NCBI GenBank assembly: GCA_963828255.1
Contig: CAWHDZ010000021.1
Span: 32,001 to 96,000, forward strand
DNA length: 64,000 nucleotides
Direction of reading: 5' to 3'
Source of the DNA: an uncultured delta proteobacterium
GTDB taxonomy: Bacteria; Myxococcota; Myxococcia; Myxococcales; Anaeromyxobacteraceae
Below are positions 40,319-50,143 of the stretch, piece by piece (the first letter of the stretch is position 1; each line of letters starts with the position of its first letter). The notes under the pieces were generated by a model. The model was not told where the DNA came from, did not search any database, and saw nothing but the letters and a program-made list of their open reading frames with translations. Both the position numbers and the translations under genes were made by a program.

Positions 40319-40657
40319 CTACTCCTTCGGCTTGCGCGCGCGCTCCTGGGCCACGGCCTCGAGCCGGTCGGCGATCTCGTCCATGCGCCGGCGCAGGGCG
40401 TCGATCTCGTCGCGGGTGGGGATCTTGAACTGGGCCGCGGCCCGCTTCACGCCGTCGTCGATGGCCCGCTCCACCTCGCGCCGCTGCTGCGAGAGGCGCA
40501 CCCCGAACTCGCGGGCGTGGTGCTTCACGTCCTCGGGGGTGAGGCCCGCCGCGTCGGCGAGCCGGCCGAGGACCTTCTCGGCCTCTGCCTCTGCGGCGTT
40601 CAGCCCGACCAGCGCCTGGGACCAAGCCTCACGGAACTTCGCCTGGAGATCCGCCAT
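40319..40657 (-). CDS. Phasin-like (PHA granule-associated) protein
   Basis: Amphipathic helices with IPTRDEIDALRRRMDEI motif. Confidence 0.7.
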   Translation of the reverse strand: MADLQAKFREAWSQALVGLNAAEAEAEKVLGRLADAAGLTPEDVKHHAREFGVRLSQQRREVERAIDDGVKRAAAQFKIPTRDEIDALRRRMDEIADRLEAVAQERARKPKE

Positions 40658-40674
40658 CGCGATGCTCCCCTTCC

Positions 40675-41115
40675 CTAGGCCTGCCCGACGACGGGCTTGC
40701 GCGTGGGCTTGCCGGCCTTGCGCTTGCGGCTCTCGTCGAGCCGCTTCAGGATCTTGTTGATCTCGCGCGAGAGCTCGGCGACCTCCTCGCGGCTGGCGAC
40801 GCCCAGGAACTTGAGCGCAGAGACCTGGAGGTTCTCGAGCTTCTCGGCGGCGTCCACGCGGAACTCCTGGGCCTTGTCCTTCCACTCCTCGGCGCGCTCG
40901 ATCCCGACCTCCCGGAGGTGCTCGAGCCGCTCGCGGACCTCGGCCCAGTCCTTCCCGGAGACCTTCTGGAAGCGGGTCTGCACCTCGTGCATCAGCTTCT
41001 GGGCCTCGGCCTCGAGCGTCTCGAGCCTGGCCTGGGCCACCTCGACGGACTCTCGGAGGAAGCCTTCCACCTTGGCGGAGTTCTTCGCGTTGCGGCTCTT
41101 CTGGGCTTCGGCCAT
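40675..41115 (-). CDS. Phasin-like protein
   Basis: Helical, LGVASREEVAELSREI motif, basic tail. Confidence 0.68.
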   Translation of the reverse strand: MAEAQKSRNAKNSAKVEGFLRESVEVAQARLETLEAEAQKLMHEVQTRFQKVSGKDWAEVRERLEHLREVGIERAEEWKDKAQEFRVDAAEKLENLQVSALKFLGVASREEVAELSREINKILKRLDESRKRKAGKPTRKPVVGQA

Positions 41116-41170
41116 CGTCGTCTCCTTCGTGGGGTTGGCCCCTCACACGGAGGGGCGATGTCGCGAAAGG

Positions 41171-41199
41171 TATATAACGCGTCGCGTCATCCCCGTCAA
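41171..41199 (-). promoter_or_regulatory. Sigma70-type promoter for the phasin-like genes
   Basis: Minus strand TTGACG-17 bp-TATATA. Confidence 0.6.
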
Positions 41200-41219
41200 C
41201 TGTCCAGGTGATTTATCAG

Positions 41220-42308
41220 TCATCCCGGATGGGTCGTATCGCGGGCGGCCGCCGGCTCCGTGCCGACCGCCTCGGCCACGTTCCCGAACCCGTCCCGCCT
41301 CAGCAATTCCGGCAACTCCTCGAGGACCCGGCGGGGGAAGCCCGGCCCCCCGTAGACGAACCCCGTGTAGACCTGGACCAGCGAAGCCCCGGCGCGGATC
41401 CGCGCGTAGGCGTCGGCCGCGTCCATGATCCCGCCCACGCCGACGATGGGGATGCGCCCCGCGGCCCGTGCGTGGGCGCGGCGCAGCGCGCGCAGCGCGA
41501 GGGGGGCCAGGGGAGCGCCGGAGAGGCCGCCCGCCTCGGCGGCGCGCGGGTGGGACGCCACCTCCCCCGGGCGCTGGATGGTGGTGTTGGTCGCGATGAC
41601 GCCGGAGGCTCCGCAGGCCACCGCCACGTCCACCGCCTCGTCGAGGGCCTCGGGCGCCAGGTCCGGGGCGAGCTTCACCAGCAGCGGCTTGCCGAGCGGA
41701 CGGGCCCGGTCCACGCAGGCCCCCAGCAGCGCCTCGAGGGGGGCGCGCTCCTGGAGGGCGCGCAGGCCGGGCGTGTTGGGCGAGGAGAGGTTCACCACCA
41801 GGTAATCGGCCCAGGGGTGAAGCGCGTCGATGGCGGCCAGGTAGTCGTCGGCGGCCCGCTCGTTGGGGGTGTCCTTGTTCTTGCCGACGTTGACGCCGAC
41901 GATCCCCCTGCCCTCCCGGGGGAGCCGGGCCAGCCGCTCCGCGCAGGCCGCCGTCCCCTGGTTGTTGAACCCCATCCGGTTCAGGAGCGCCCGGTGCTCG
42001 GGGAGGCGGAAGAGGCGCGGGCGGGGGTTTCCGGCCTGGGGGCGGGGCGTGATGGTCCCCACCTCGACGTGGCCGAACCCCAGCGCGTGCAGGCCGCGCA
42101 CCAGCACCTCCCCCTTGTCGAACCCGGCACCCATCCCCAGCGGGCTCTCGAAGTCGAGCCCCAGGCACTTCACGCGGAGTGAATCATCCGGCCGGGGGCG
42201 AAGGGCCGCTCCGGCGCTCCCCATGGCGCGCAGCGCCACGGCGGCGAGCCCGTGGGCCCGCTCGGGGTCGAGGTGGAACAGGAGCTTCCGGGCGGCGTCC
42301 CAGGCCAT
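41220..42308 (-). CDS. pyrD: Quinone-dependent dihydroorotate dehydrogenase
   Basis: GMGAGFDK, NRMGFNN, VNLSSPNTPGLR, TNTT, GGLSG. Confidence 0.95.
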   Translation of the reverse strand: MAWDAARKLLFHLDPERAHGLAAVALRAMGSAGAALRPRPDDSLRVKCLGLDFESPLGMGAGFDKGEVLVRGLHALGFGHVEVGTITPRPQAGNPRPRLFRLPEHRALLNRMGFNNQGTAACAERLARLPREGRGIVGVNVGKNKDTPNERAADDYLAAIDALHPWADYLVVNLSSPNTPGLRALQERAPLEALLGACVDRARPLGKPLLVKLAPDLAPEALDEAVDVAVACGASGVIATNTTIQRPGEVASHPRAAEAGGLSGAPLAPLALRALRRAHARAAGRIPIVGVGGIMDAADAYARIRAGASLVQVYTGFVYGGPGFPRRVLEELPELLRRDGFGNVAEAVGTEPAAARDTTHPG

Positions 42309-42312
42309 GGCG

Positions 42313-44508
42313 TCAGGGGCGCGGCGCGCCCAGGTTCTCCCGGAAGAAGCGGATCTCCATCTCGGCCAGCCGCTCCGCCGTGTCGGGATCGGCCGCCAGG
42401 TGGGTCACGTTGGCGAGCGGCACGAAGGCGGCGGGCGCGCCGGCGCGGAAGAGCGCGTCGGCCAGCTTGATGGAGTGGAGCAGGTAGACGTTGTCGTCGG
42501 CCGTGCCGTGCACGAGGAGCAGCGGCGCGTGCCCCTTGCCGGCCAGGCGCGTCAGCGAGCTCCGCTCGTAGGCCTCCGGCGCCGTGGCGGGGTGCCCCAG
42601 GTAGCGCTCGGTGTAGTAGGTGTCGTAGTCGCGCCAGTCCACCACCGGGGCCCCGGCCACCGCGGCCCGGTACACGTCGGGGCGCCGCAGCGCAGCCAGC
42701 GCCGCCATGTAGCCGCCGAACGACCAGCCGGTGATCCCCACGCGGGAGAGGTCGATCTCGGGGACCACCTCGGCCAGCGCGGCCAGGGCGTCGATCTGGT
42801 CCTCGAGCGCCGGGCCGGCCAGGTCCCCCTTCACGGCCCGCTCGAACTCCCGCCCCAGCCGCGCCGTCTCGCCCCGGTTCACCACCTTCACCACCAGGAA
42901 ACCCTGATCGGCCATCCACTGGGTGCGGGGGGAGCCGGTGCGCAGCCCCAGCGGCGAGAAGCGCGTGGGGCCGCCGTAGACCTGGACGATGACCGGGTAC
43001 TTCACGCCCGGCTTGAAGTCGCGCGGACGGACGAGCGAGGTCCAGAGCCCCCGCTGGCCGACCTGACGGACCTCCGGGCGCGCCCGGAAGGGAGGCTCGA
43101 GGGCCACCGACGGGAGCTGGATGCCCTCCTTTCCGTCGGGACCGACGAGCGCCAGGCGGGACCCCTCGCCCGGGCGGGAGGAGGAGACCACGAGGACCCT
43201 TCCGCCGTCGGCGACCTTGGCCGAGAGGCCGATGTGCGGCTCGCCGGGGAGGACCACCTCCACGGGGGCCGCGCCGGGGCGGACCCGGAAGAGCCGCTCG
43301 CGCGTGGGGTCACCCCGCGTCCCCACGAAGTAGACCTCGCCGTCGTCGGAGATCCCGGCCAGCCCGACGTAGCCGTACTCCAGGGGAGCGACGCCGGAGA
43401 GCCGTTCGCCCCCGGGGGCGCGCAGTTCCAGCTCGGCCCCACCGCCACGCTCGGTGAACCAGAGGAACCCCGAGCCGTCGGGCATCCAGCGCAGCGCCGC
43501 CTCGTTCAGGTTCAGCCAGGCGGCGTCCTTCTCCACGAGGAGGACCGCGGTCTTCCCGCTCGCGGGGTCGGCGCGGAGCACCGCCTCCTCGGTCTGGGCG
43601 CGGTCCTGGACCACGAGCAGGAGCGGCGCCCCCTTCTGCCAGCGCACCTGGGCCAGGTAGGGGTAACGCTCCCGATCCCATTCGATCCAGGTCGGGGCCC
43701 CGCCCTCCAGGCCGACCACGCCCAGCCGCACCCTGGTGTTCTGCCGTCCGGCGCGCGGGTAGGCGAACTGGACGGCTCGCCGCTCCGGTCGCGCCGGGTC
43801 CTGGATGGAGAGCTTCTCCACCTCGGTGTCATCGGCCTCCTGGAAGGCCAGGCTCCTCGAGTCGGGCGACCACCAGAACCCCTCGCGGCGGTCCATCTCC
43901 TCCTGGGCCACGAACTCGGCCAGGCCGTGCGTCTTCCACTCGGTGGCGCCGGTGGTGAGCGCACGGGCCTTTCCGGTGGCGATGTCGAGGACGTGCAGCT
44001 CGCCGCCGGCCACGTAGGCGACCTGCTTGCCGTCCGGGGAGAGGCGCGGGTCGAGCGCGCCCTGCGGGGTGGGCACGCGCCGCTTCTCGCCGTTGGTCCG
44101 GTCCACCGCGTAGAGGCGGCCGCCGAGCGAGGCCAGGAAGGTCTTCCCATCCTGGGCCATCTCGTAGTGGGTGATCCCCCGGGCGGTGATGCGCTGCCGC
44201 TCGAGCCGCGCCTTCTCGGCGTCGGACAGGTCCTCCGGCTCGGAGGCGAGGAGCGCCTCGGCGGTGAGCAACTCGCGCGTCTTCCCGGTGGCCACGTCGG
44301 TGGCGAAGAGGGAGAGCACCCCGGACCGGGGGCCGGACCGGAGGAAGATCACCTCCGCCCCGCCGGGCACCACGGTGGCGCGCGAGGGCGACCCGGCGCG
44401 GTAGCCGCGGGTCTCGGCGTTCTCCCGGAGGAACGAGGGGGCCGCGGCGGGCGGCGCCGGAGGAGGCGCCGAGGCGAGTGTCAGTGCGAGGAGGAGCGCG
44501 GGCGTCAT
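42313..44508 (-). CDS. S9B family dipeptidyl peptidase IV-like peptidase
   Basis: Signal peptide, AQEEMDR, GWSFGG nucleophile, HGTADDNV. Confidence 0.92.
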   Translation of the reverse strand: MTPALLLALTLASAPPPAPPAAAPSFLRENAETRGYRAGSPSRATVVPGGAEVIFLRSGPRSGVLSLFATDVATGKTRELLTAEALLASEPEDLSDAEKARLERQRITARGITHYEMAQDGKTFLASLGGRLYAVDRTNGEKRRVPTPQGALDPRLSPDGKQVAYVAGGELHVLDIATGKARALTTGATEWKTHGLAEFVAQEEMDRREGFWWSPDSRSLAFQEADDTEVEKLSIQDPARPERRAVQFAYPRAGRQNTRVRLGVVGLEGGAPTWIEWDRERYPYLAQVRWQKGAPLLLVVQDRAQTEEAVLRADPASGKTAVLLVEKDAAWLNLNEAALRWMPDGSGFLWFTERGGGAELELRAPGGERLSGVAPLEYGYVGLAGISDDGEVYFVGTRGDPTRERLFRVRPGAAPVEVVLPGEPHIGLSAKVADGGRVLVVSSSRPGEGSRLALVGPDGKEGIQLPSVALEPPFRARPEVRQVGQRGLWTSLVRPRDFKPGVKYPVIVQVYGGPTRFSPLGLRTGSPRTQWMADQGFLVVKVVNRGETARLGREFERAVKGDLAGPALEDQIDALAALAEVVPEIDLSRVGITGWSFGGYMAALAALRRPDVYRAAVAGAPVVDWRDYDTYYTERYLGHPATAPEAYERSSLTRLAGKGHAPLLLVHGTADDNVYLLHSIKLADALFRAGAPAAFVPLANVTHLAADPDTAERLAEMEIRFFRENLGAPRP

Positions 44509-44539
44509 GGAACGCTTCCTACCACGGGGAACGGCTCCT

Positions 44540-45004
44540 TCAGAGGTCCTTGTCCATGACCAGCGCGTCCTCCCCGTCCTCGGCGTAGTAGCGCGGGCGG
44601 ACCCCGACCTCGCGGTACCCGAAGGAGCGGTAGAGGGCGATGGCCGGGGCGTTTCCGCGGCGCACCTCCAGCATGGAGACGCGGGCCCCCTGCGCGCGCC
44701 CCCGCGCCTCCACCTCGTCGAGGACGGCCCGGGCCACGCCGCGCCGACGGGCCTCCGGCGCCACCGCCACGTTGAGGACGTGAAGCTCGTCGTGGACCAG
44801 CCAGACCACGGCGAACCCCAGGATCCCGCCGGCCGCGCCGCCGGTGGCGAGCAGCACGGTGGAGAACTCGTGGCCGAGCTCGCGGCGGACCAGTTCCTCC
44901 GACCAGGGGTGGGAGAAGGCGGCCCGCTCGATCTCCATCACGCGCGGCAGGTCCCCCTCCCGCATCCGGCGGAAGGCCAGGCCGTGCCCCTCGCCCACGG
45001 TCAC
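44540..45004 (-). CDS. rimI: Ribosomal protein S18-alanine N-acetyltransferase
   Basis: ELHVLNVAV..RRRGVA, LEVRRGN..AIALY, RPRYY..GEDALVM. Confidence 0.9.
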   Translation of the reverse strand: MTVGEGHGLAFRRMREGDLPRVMEIERAAFSHPWSEELVRRELGHEFSTVLLATGGAAGGILGFAVVWLVHDELHVLNVAVAPEARRRGVARAVLDEVEARGRAQGARVSMLEVRRGNAPAIALYRSFGYREVGVRPRYYAEDGEDALVMDKDL

Positions 45005-45675
45005 GGCCCGGCGCCCAGGTCCACGAGGATGCGGATGTCGGCCCGGTTCCGGAGGTCCGCGAGCAGCGCCTTGGTCTCGGCGTCGGCCCGGGACGACGCG
45101 AGCCGGGCCGCGATCTCGTCGGCCGCCTCCGCGAGGGTTCGCCCCCCGTAGTCGGAGGCGTGGGCCCGGTACCAGGCCTCCACCTCCCGCGGCGCCGGAC
45201 GGAACCTTCCCAGCCGGGACTCGAGGTACCTGCGCACCCGCAAGCTGCGCCGCAGCGTCGTCGTGAGATCCTCCTCGGTGGCCTCGATCGCGAAGAGGAA
45301 CGCCTTGAAGGCCTCGGGCGTCGCGAACTCGGCCTTGAACCTCGCCAGCTCCGCCACCGCGGCCTCCCGGTCCACCTCGAACACCTTGAGCCGGACCGCC
45401 TCCTCGTGGAGCAGGAGCTGGTCCACGTACCAGTCGAGGGAGGCCCGCAGCACCGCCCCGTCGAGGGGGGCGGACGCAGCTTCGATCCCCCCACGGGAGA
45501 CGAGCGCGATCCTGCCCTCCTCGGCGACCTTGGAGAGGGTGACGACGCTGGCCTCCCTCCCCCGGGTGGCCACCACGGCCACCACCTCGTCCACGACGCG
45601 CCCTCCAGACGGGGCGTCCACTCCCCCCGCGGCGAGCGGGACGAGGAGGGCCGCGAGGATGGCGCACTTCGTCAT
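45001..45675 (-). CDS. Secreted SurA N-terminal-like protein
   Basis: Signal peptide, VVDEVVAVV start and LADLRNRADIRIL end resemble SurA-type chaperones; no PPIase domain seen. Confidence 0.6.
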   Translation of the reverse strand: MTKCAILAALLVPLAAGGVDAPSGGRVVDEVVAVVATRGREASVVTLSKVAEEGRIALVSRGGIEAASAPLDGAVLRASLDWYVDQLLLHEEAVRLKVFEVDREAAVAELARFKAEFATPEAFKAFLFAIEATEEDLTTTLRRSLRVRRYLESRLGRFRPAPREVEAWYRAHASDYGGRTLAEAADEIAARLASSRADAETKALLADLRNRADIRILVDLGAGP

Positions 45676-45719
45676 CGGGCGATTCTAGCCTCCCGCACCC
45701 TTCCGAGCGACAACCAACG

Positions 45720-45747
45720 TTGACCTCGGGCGCGAACGCGTTAGCCT
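45720..45747 (+). promoter_or_regulatory. Sigma70-type promoter, possibly giving a leaderless mRNA
   Basis: TTGACC-16 bp-TAGCCT ending 6 nt before the GTG at 45754; no RBS. Confidence 0.45.
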
Positions 45748-45753
45748 TTTCCC

Positions 45754-46716
45754 GTGCCCCAGAGAGACCTGTACGACGTCCTCGGCGTGAGCCGTGGCGC
45801 CTCGAACGACGACATCCGGAAGGCGTACCGGAAGCTCGCCAAGAAGTTCCACCCGGACATGAACCCGGGGGACCGCAAGGCCGAGGACAAGTTCAAGGAG
45901 ATCACCGCGGCCCACGAGGTCCTCTCCGACGAGAAGAAGCGCAAGCTCTACGACGAGTTCGGTCCCGACGCCCTGCGCACCGGCTTCGACGAGAAGGCGG
46001 CCGACCAGTACCGGCAGTGGAGGCAGCACGGGGGGCGCCCGGGGCAGGAGGTCCCCTTCGACCTGGGGGATTTCGAGACCGTCAACGTCGGCGGCGTGGG
46101 CAACTTCGACTTCGGCTCGATCTTCGGCGACCTCTTCGGCGGCGGCGCGGGGCGCGGCCGGCGGCGCGGGGGCCCCGTGTCCAGGCCCGGGCGCGACGCC
46201 GAGGCCGAGCTCCAGGTCGACCTTCGCGACGCGGTGCTGGGCGCCGAACGCGACCTGCACGTGGATGGCCGCACGCTGCGCGTGAAGATCCCCGCCGGCG
46301 TGACGGACGGGTCGAGGATCCGGCTGACCGGCCAGGGAGGCGAGGGCTCGAACGGCGCCCCGGCCGGAGATCTGTACCTGGTCGTCCGGCTCCGCGATCA
46401 GGTGGGCGTTCGCCGGGAAGGGCGCGACCTCTTCCTCGAGCTCCCCCTCACCATCCCGGAGGCCGCGGCCGGCGCGGAGGTGGTCATCCCCACCTTCGAG
46501 GGGCAGGTCCAGCTCAAGATCCCGCCCGGAACCCAGTCCGGACGCCAGCTCCGGCTGCGCGGCAAGGGGCTCCCGGACCTCAAGGGAGGCTCCCGGGGAG
46601 ATCTGTACGCGGTGGCCAGGATCGTCCTCCCCGAGGAGAGCGAGGCGCTCCGCGAGGCGGTGAAGCCGCTCCGGGATCTCTACAAGACCGACCCGCGCGC
46701 GGGAATCTCGTTGTAG
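45754..46716 (+). CDS. DnaJ-class chaperone without zinc finger (CbpA-like)
   Basis: J domain with HPD, G/F region, DnaJ C-terminal domain. Confidence 0.92.
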   Translation: MPQRDLYDVLGVSRGASNDDIRKAYRKLAKKFHPDMNPGDRKAEDKFKEITAAHEVLSDEKKRKLYDEFGPDALRTGFDEKAADQYRQWRQHGGRPGQEVPFDLGDFETVNVGGVGNFDFGSIFGDLFGGGAGRGRRRGGPVSRPGRDAEAELQVDLRDAVLGAERDLHVDGRTLRVKIPAGVTDGSRIRLTGQGGEGSNGAPAGDLYLVVRLRDQVGVRREGRDLFLELPLTIPEAAAGAEVVIPTFEGQVQLKIPPGTQSGRQLRLRGKGLPDLKGGSRGDLYAVARIVLPEESEALREAVKPLRDLYKTDPRAGISL

Positions 46717-46726
46717 AAGGGGCCCC

Positions 46727-47494
46727 ATGGGAATCCTCGACCTCTTCGGCAGCCGCGAATCGCGGGAGCAGGCCAGCCTGAAGAAGCTGGGCCAGAAGAT
46801 CACGCAGAAGTGGGGCCCGGCCGAGAACCGCCAGAAGGCCATCGAGCAGCTGGGCGAGAACGGGACCCCGGCCGCGCTCAAGGTGCTCTGCCTGCGGTTC
46901 ACGGTGCGCGCCGAGGTGGGCATCTCCGACGACGACGAGAAGGAGCAGGCCCGCGCCATCCTGGTGGCCGCCGGACCGAAGGCGCTCGAGCCGGTGCGCG
47001 AGTTCCTCGACGAGCAGGAGTCGGGCGTGGCCTGGGGCTTGCGGGTGCTCGCCTCGCTCGCTCCCCCCGCGGAGCTCCTGGGGACCGTCCACTCCCTCCT
47101 CCAGAAGCTGGGGCGGGAGTACACACGCGATCCGGAGAAGAAGATGGTCCTCCTCTCCTGGCTGCGCGAGAACCCCGACATGGCCGGCCTGACCCCCGTC
47201 GGCGGGCCGTCGCGCGACGAGGCGGTCATCCCCCTCCTCGAGGACTTCGTGGACGACGTGCGTATCGGCGCGGCCCGCGCGCTCACCGTGGGGACGCAGA
47301 GCGACGCGGCGCGCGACGCACTCATCGCGCTCCTCCTGCGCGACCGGGACAACGCCCGGGTGCGCGGCGAGGTCTTCCAGGCCCTGGTGGACCTGGGAGC
47401 GGACGTGAAGGGGCACCGGAGCGAGGTAGAAGCGCTGCTCGTCGAGCCCTGGTACCTCGACCGCGAGGGGCGCGTGAAGCGCCGCGGCGCCTAG
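46727..47494 (+). CDS. HEAT-repeat protein
   Basis: Helical repeats such as PLLEDFVDDVRIGAARAL. Confidence 0.75.
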   Translation: MGILDLFGSRESREQASLKKLGQKITQKWGPAENRQKAIEQLGENGTPAALKVLCLRFTVRAEVGISDDDEKEQARAILVAAGPKALEPVREFLDEQESGVAWGLRVLASLAPPAELLGTVHSLLQKLGREYTRDPEKKMVLLSWLRENPDMAGLTPVGGPSRDEAVIPLLEDFVDDVRIGAARALTVGTQSDAARDALIALLLRDRDNARVRGEVFQALVDLGADVKGHRSEVEALLVEPWYLDREGRVKRRGA

Positions 47495-47515
47495 CCCGGC
47501 TCACCCGGACCCCGA

Positions 47516-50035
47516 TTGGATCCCGCTCCCTCGACCGCGCCCGCGCCCCGCAGCCCACGAAGGCGGAGGCTCCTCTTCGACCGGTGGTTCGACCCCATCC
47601 ACCTGCCGGAGGGGCTCGAGGAGCAGATGGCGGCGCTGGCGCAACGGGGCAGCGTGGTCTTCGTGGCCCGGTCCTCGGGGCTCATCAACTACCTCTACGT
47701 CAACTGGCTGGTGCGCCGGCTCGGACTGCCGCCGCTCCGCGTCGCCGTGAACTTCGTCGGGCTCTTCGGCTGGCTGGCCGCGGTGTGGCGCAGCGTCCGG
47801 GCGCTCGTCGACGCCGCGGCGCGCGGCCAGTCCACGGCGGTCATCTTCCTGAACACGCACGAGGAGAGCGGGCCGCCCTTCGAGGCGCTGGTGGAGCTGC
47901 AGCGCGGCCAGCAGCGGCCCGTCTTCCTCGTCCCGCTCATCCTGGTCTGGAACCGCCGGGCCCAGCGGGTGGTGCCGTCCATCTGGGACCTGGTCTGGGG
48001 CTCACCCGAGTCGCCCACCACCCTTCCCGCGGCCGTGGCCTTCTTCCGCAACTACAAGCGGGCCTTCCTCCGGGTGGGGCGCCCCATCGACCTCGCCGCC
48101 TTCGTGGCCGAGCGCCCCGAGGAGGCCGACGCGCTCGTGGCCCGGAAGGCCCGGGGCACCATCCACCACCACCTGGCCCGCGAGCTTCGCGCCTCCGTCG
48201 GGCCGCCGCTCCGGACACCCACCCGCGTCACCGAGAAGGTGATGCGCGACCGGCACCTCCGCGAGGTGCTGGGGCACGTGGCGAAGCAGAGGGGGCGCTC
48301 GCCGTCCTCGGTCCGGCGGGAAGCGGTCCGCGACCTCGACGAGATCGCCAGCCGCTACTCCCCCCTGTTCATCGACCTCATCCGCCCCATCTTCCGCTGG
48401 ATCTTCCAGACGATGTACGACCGGGTGGAGATCGACGAGAAGGGGCTCGCCGAGATCCGCAGGCTTGCGGCCGACAAGCCGCTGGTGCTCACGCCCAGCC
48501 ACAAGAGCCACGTGGACTACATGCTGCTCTCCTGGGCCTTCTACGAGCACGGCCTCATCCCGCCCCAGGTCGCGGCCGGCATCAACCTGGCCTTCTGGCC
48601 CTTCGGCTCGCTGGCCCGGCGCGCCGGCGCCTTCTTCATCCGCCGATCGTTCAAGGGCGACAAGATCTACAGCGCGACCCTGCGCGCCTACGTGAAGCAC
48701 CTCCTGCGCGAGCGCTTCACCCAGGAGTTCTTCCCGGAGGGCGGCCGATCCCGCACCGGCAAGCTGCTCTTTCCCAAGACGGGCCTCTTCTCCATGGAGG
48801 TGGACGCCTGGGGCGACGGCGCGGCGGAAGACGTGCTCTTCATCCCCATCGCGGTGGACTACGAGCGGCTCGTGGAGGGCGCCTCCTACGCGCAGGAGCT
48901 GGCCGGGGGAGAGAAGAAGAAGGAGTCGTTCGGCGCCCTGCTCCAGACCCCCAGGGCGCTCCTGCGGCGCTACGGCCGCATCTACCTCCAGTTCGGGACG
49001 CCGGTCTCGCTCAAGGAACTGGCCGAGCAGCAGCTCGGGGCCGGTGCGGGCGCGCCGTCGCTCACCCTCGACGCCGACGAGCGCGGGTCCGATTCGCGCC
49101 GGTCGCTGGTGCAGCACCTCGCCAACCGGGTCATGTGGGGCATCGCCGAGGTGGTGACGGTGACGCCGGTGAGCCTGGTCGCCGCGGCCCTCCTCTCCCA
49201 CGTCCGCCGTGGCATCTCGGCGGAGGAGGTCGCCGCGCGGGTGGAGCTCCTGCGCGCCATCGCCATCCGGGAGGGGGCGCGGATCGCCTCGGGGCTCGCG
49301 GAGGCGCCGTCGAGCCCGCTCGCCCCCGGCCCCATCCACGACGCCGTGGTGACCTTCGCGGCCAGCAGGGTGATCGAGGTCCAGGAGGCGGGCGGCCAGG
49401 TCATCTACCACGTGCCCGACGCCAAGCGGACCTACCTCGACTTCAACCGCAACGCGATCCTGAACCGCTACGTGGGGCTCTCGCTGGCCGCCCAGTCGGT
49501 GCGCGCCCGCGGCGGCGGCGCCCCCCTCGAGGAGATCCGGGACGACGTCCGCTGGCTCTCCCGCCTCTTCCGGCTCGAGTTCATGTACCCCGTGGGCGCC
49601 AGCTTCGAGTCGATCTTCCGGGCCAAGCTCGACGCACTGGCGGGCCTCGGCGCGGTGGTCGAGGATGCCGGGGGCGTGCGCCCCGGACCGCAGCGCGCCC
49701 GTCTCGACTTCCTCGCCGACCTGACCCGCCCGTACCTCGAGGCCTACCGGGTCGCCGGGGAGACGGTCCGCAGCGCGGGGCTCACGGGCGGATCGGCCGA
49801 TCGCAAGGGGCTCGTCAAGCAGGCGCTGGAGCGCGGCCGCGCCGAATTCCTCTCGGGCCACGTGCTGATGCGCGAGTCGATCTCCAAGGCCACCCTGGAG
49901 AATGCCGTCGAGTGGCTGGGGAGCCAGGGCGCCTTCGAGGGCGACGCCGACGGGCGTCGCACGGTCACCGCCACCTGGCGGGACGCGGCTTCGACGCACC
50001 TCGTCGAGAAGATCGGCCGGTTCCTGGCACCTTGA
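47516..50035 (+). CDS. plsB: Glycerol-3-phosphate acyltransferase PlsB-like
   Basis: PSHKSHVDY (HX4D), GAFFIRR, FFPEGGRSRTGK. Confidence 0.88.
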   Translation: MDPAPSTAPAPRSPRRRRLLFDRWFDPIHLPEGLEEQMAALAQRGSVVFVARSSGLINYLYVNWLVRRLGLPPLRVAVNFVGLFGWLAAVWRSVRALVDAAARGQSTAVIFLNTHEESGPPFEALVELQRGQQRPVFLVPLILVWNRRAQRVVPSIWDLVWGSPESPTTLPAAVAFFRNYKRAFLRVGRPIDLAAFVAERPEEADALVARKARGTIHHHLARELRASVGPPLRTPTRVTEKVMRDRHLREVLGHVAKQRGRSPSSVRREAVRDLDEIASRYSPLFIDLIRPIFRWIFQTMYDRVEIDEKGLAEIRRLAADKPLVLTPSHKSHVDYMLLSWAFYEHGLIPPQVAAGINLAFWPFGSLARRAGAFFIRRSFKGDKIYSATLRAYVKHLLRERFTQEFFPEGGRSRTGKLLFPKTGLFSMEVDAWGDGAAEDVLFIPIAVDYERLVEGASYAQELAGGEKKKESFGALLQTPRALLRRYGRIYLQFGTPVSLKELAEQQLGAGAGAPSLTLDADERGSDSRRSLVQHLANRVMWGIAEVVTVTPVSLVAAALLSHVRRGISAEEVAARVELLRAIAIREGARIASGLAEAPSSPLAPGPIHDAVVTFAASRVIEVQEAGGQVIYHVPDAKRTYLDFNRNAILNRYVGLSLAAQSVRARGGGAPLEEIRDDVRWLSRLFRLEFMYPVGASFESIFRAKLDALAGLGAVVEDAGGVRPGPQRARLDFLADLTRPYLEAYRVAGETVRSAGLTGGSADRKGLVKQALERGRAEFLSGHVLMRESISKATLENAVEWLGSQGAFEGDADGRRTVTATWRDAASTHLVEKIGRFLAP

Positions 50036-50143
50036 CGCTGGTCAGACGTCGCCTTCTTCTTCCAAAGCGCGCCCCGTCCGGGCTATCCTGCCCGCCCCTA
50101 ACGCCAGCTGCCGGACTTCAAGGTCCGCGAGGAGAAACACACG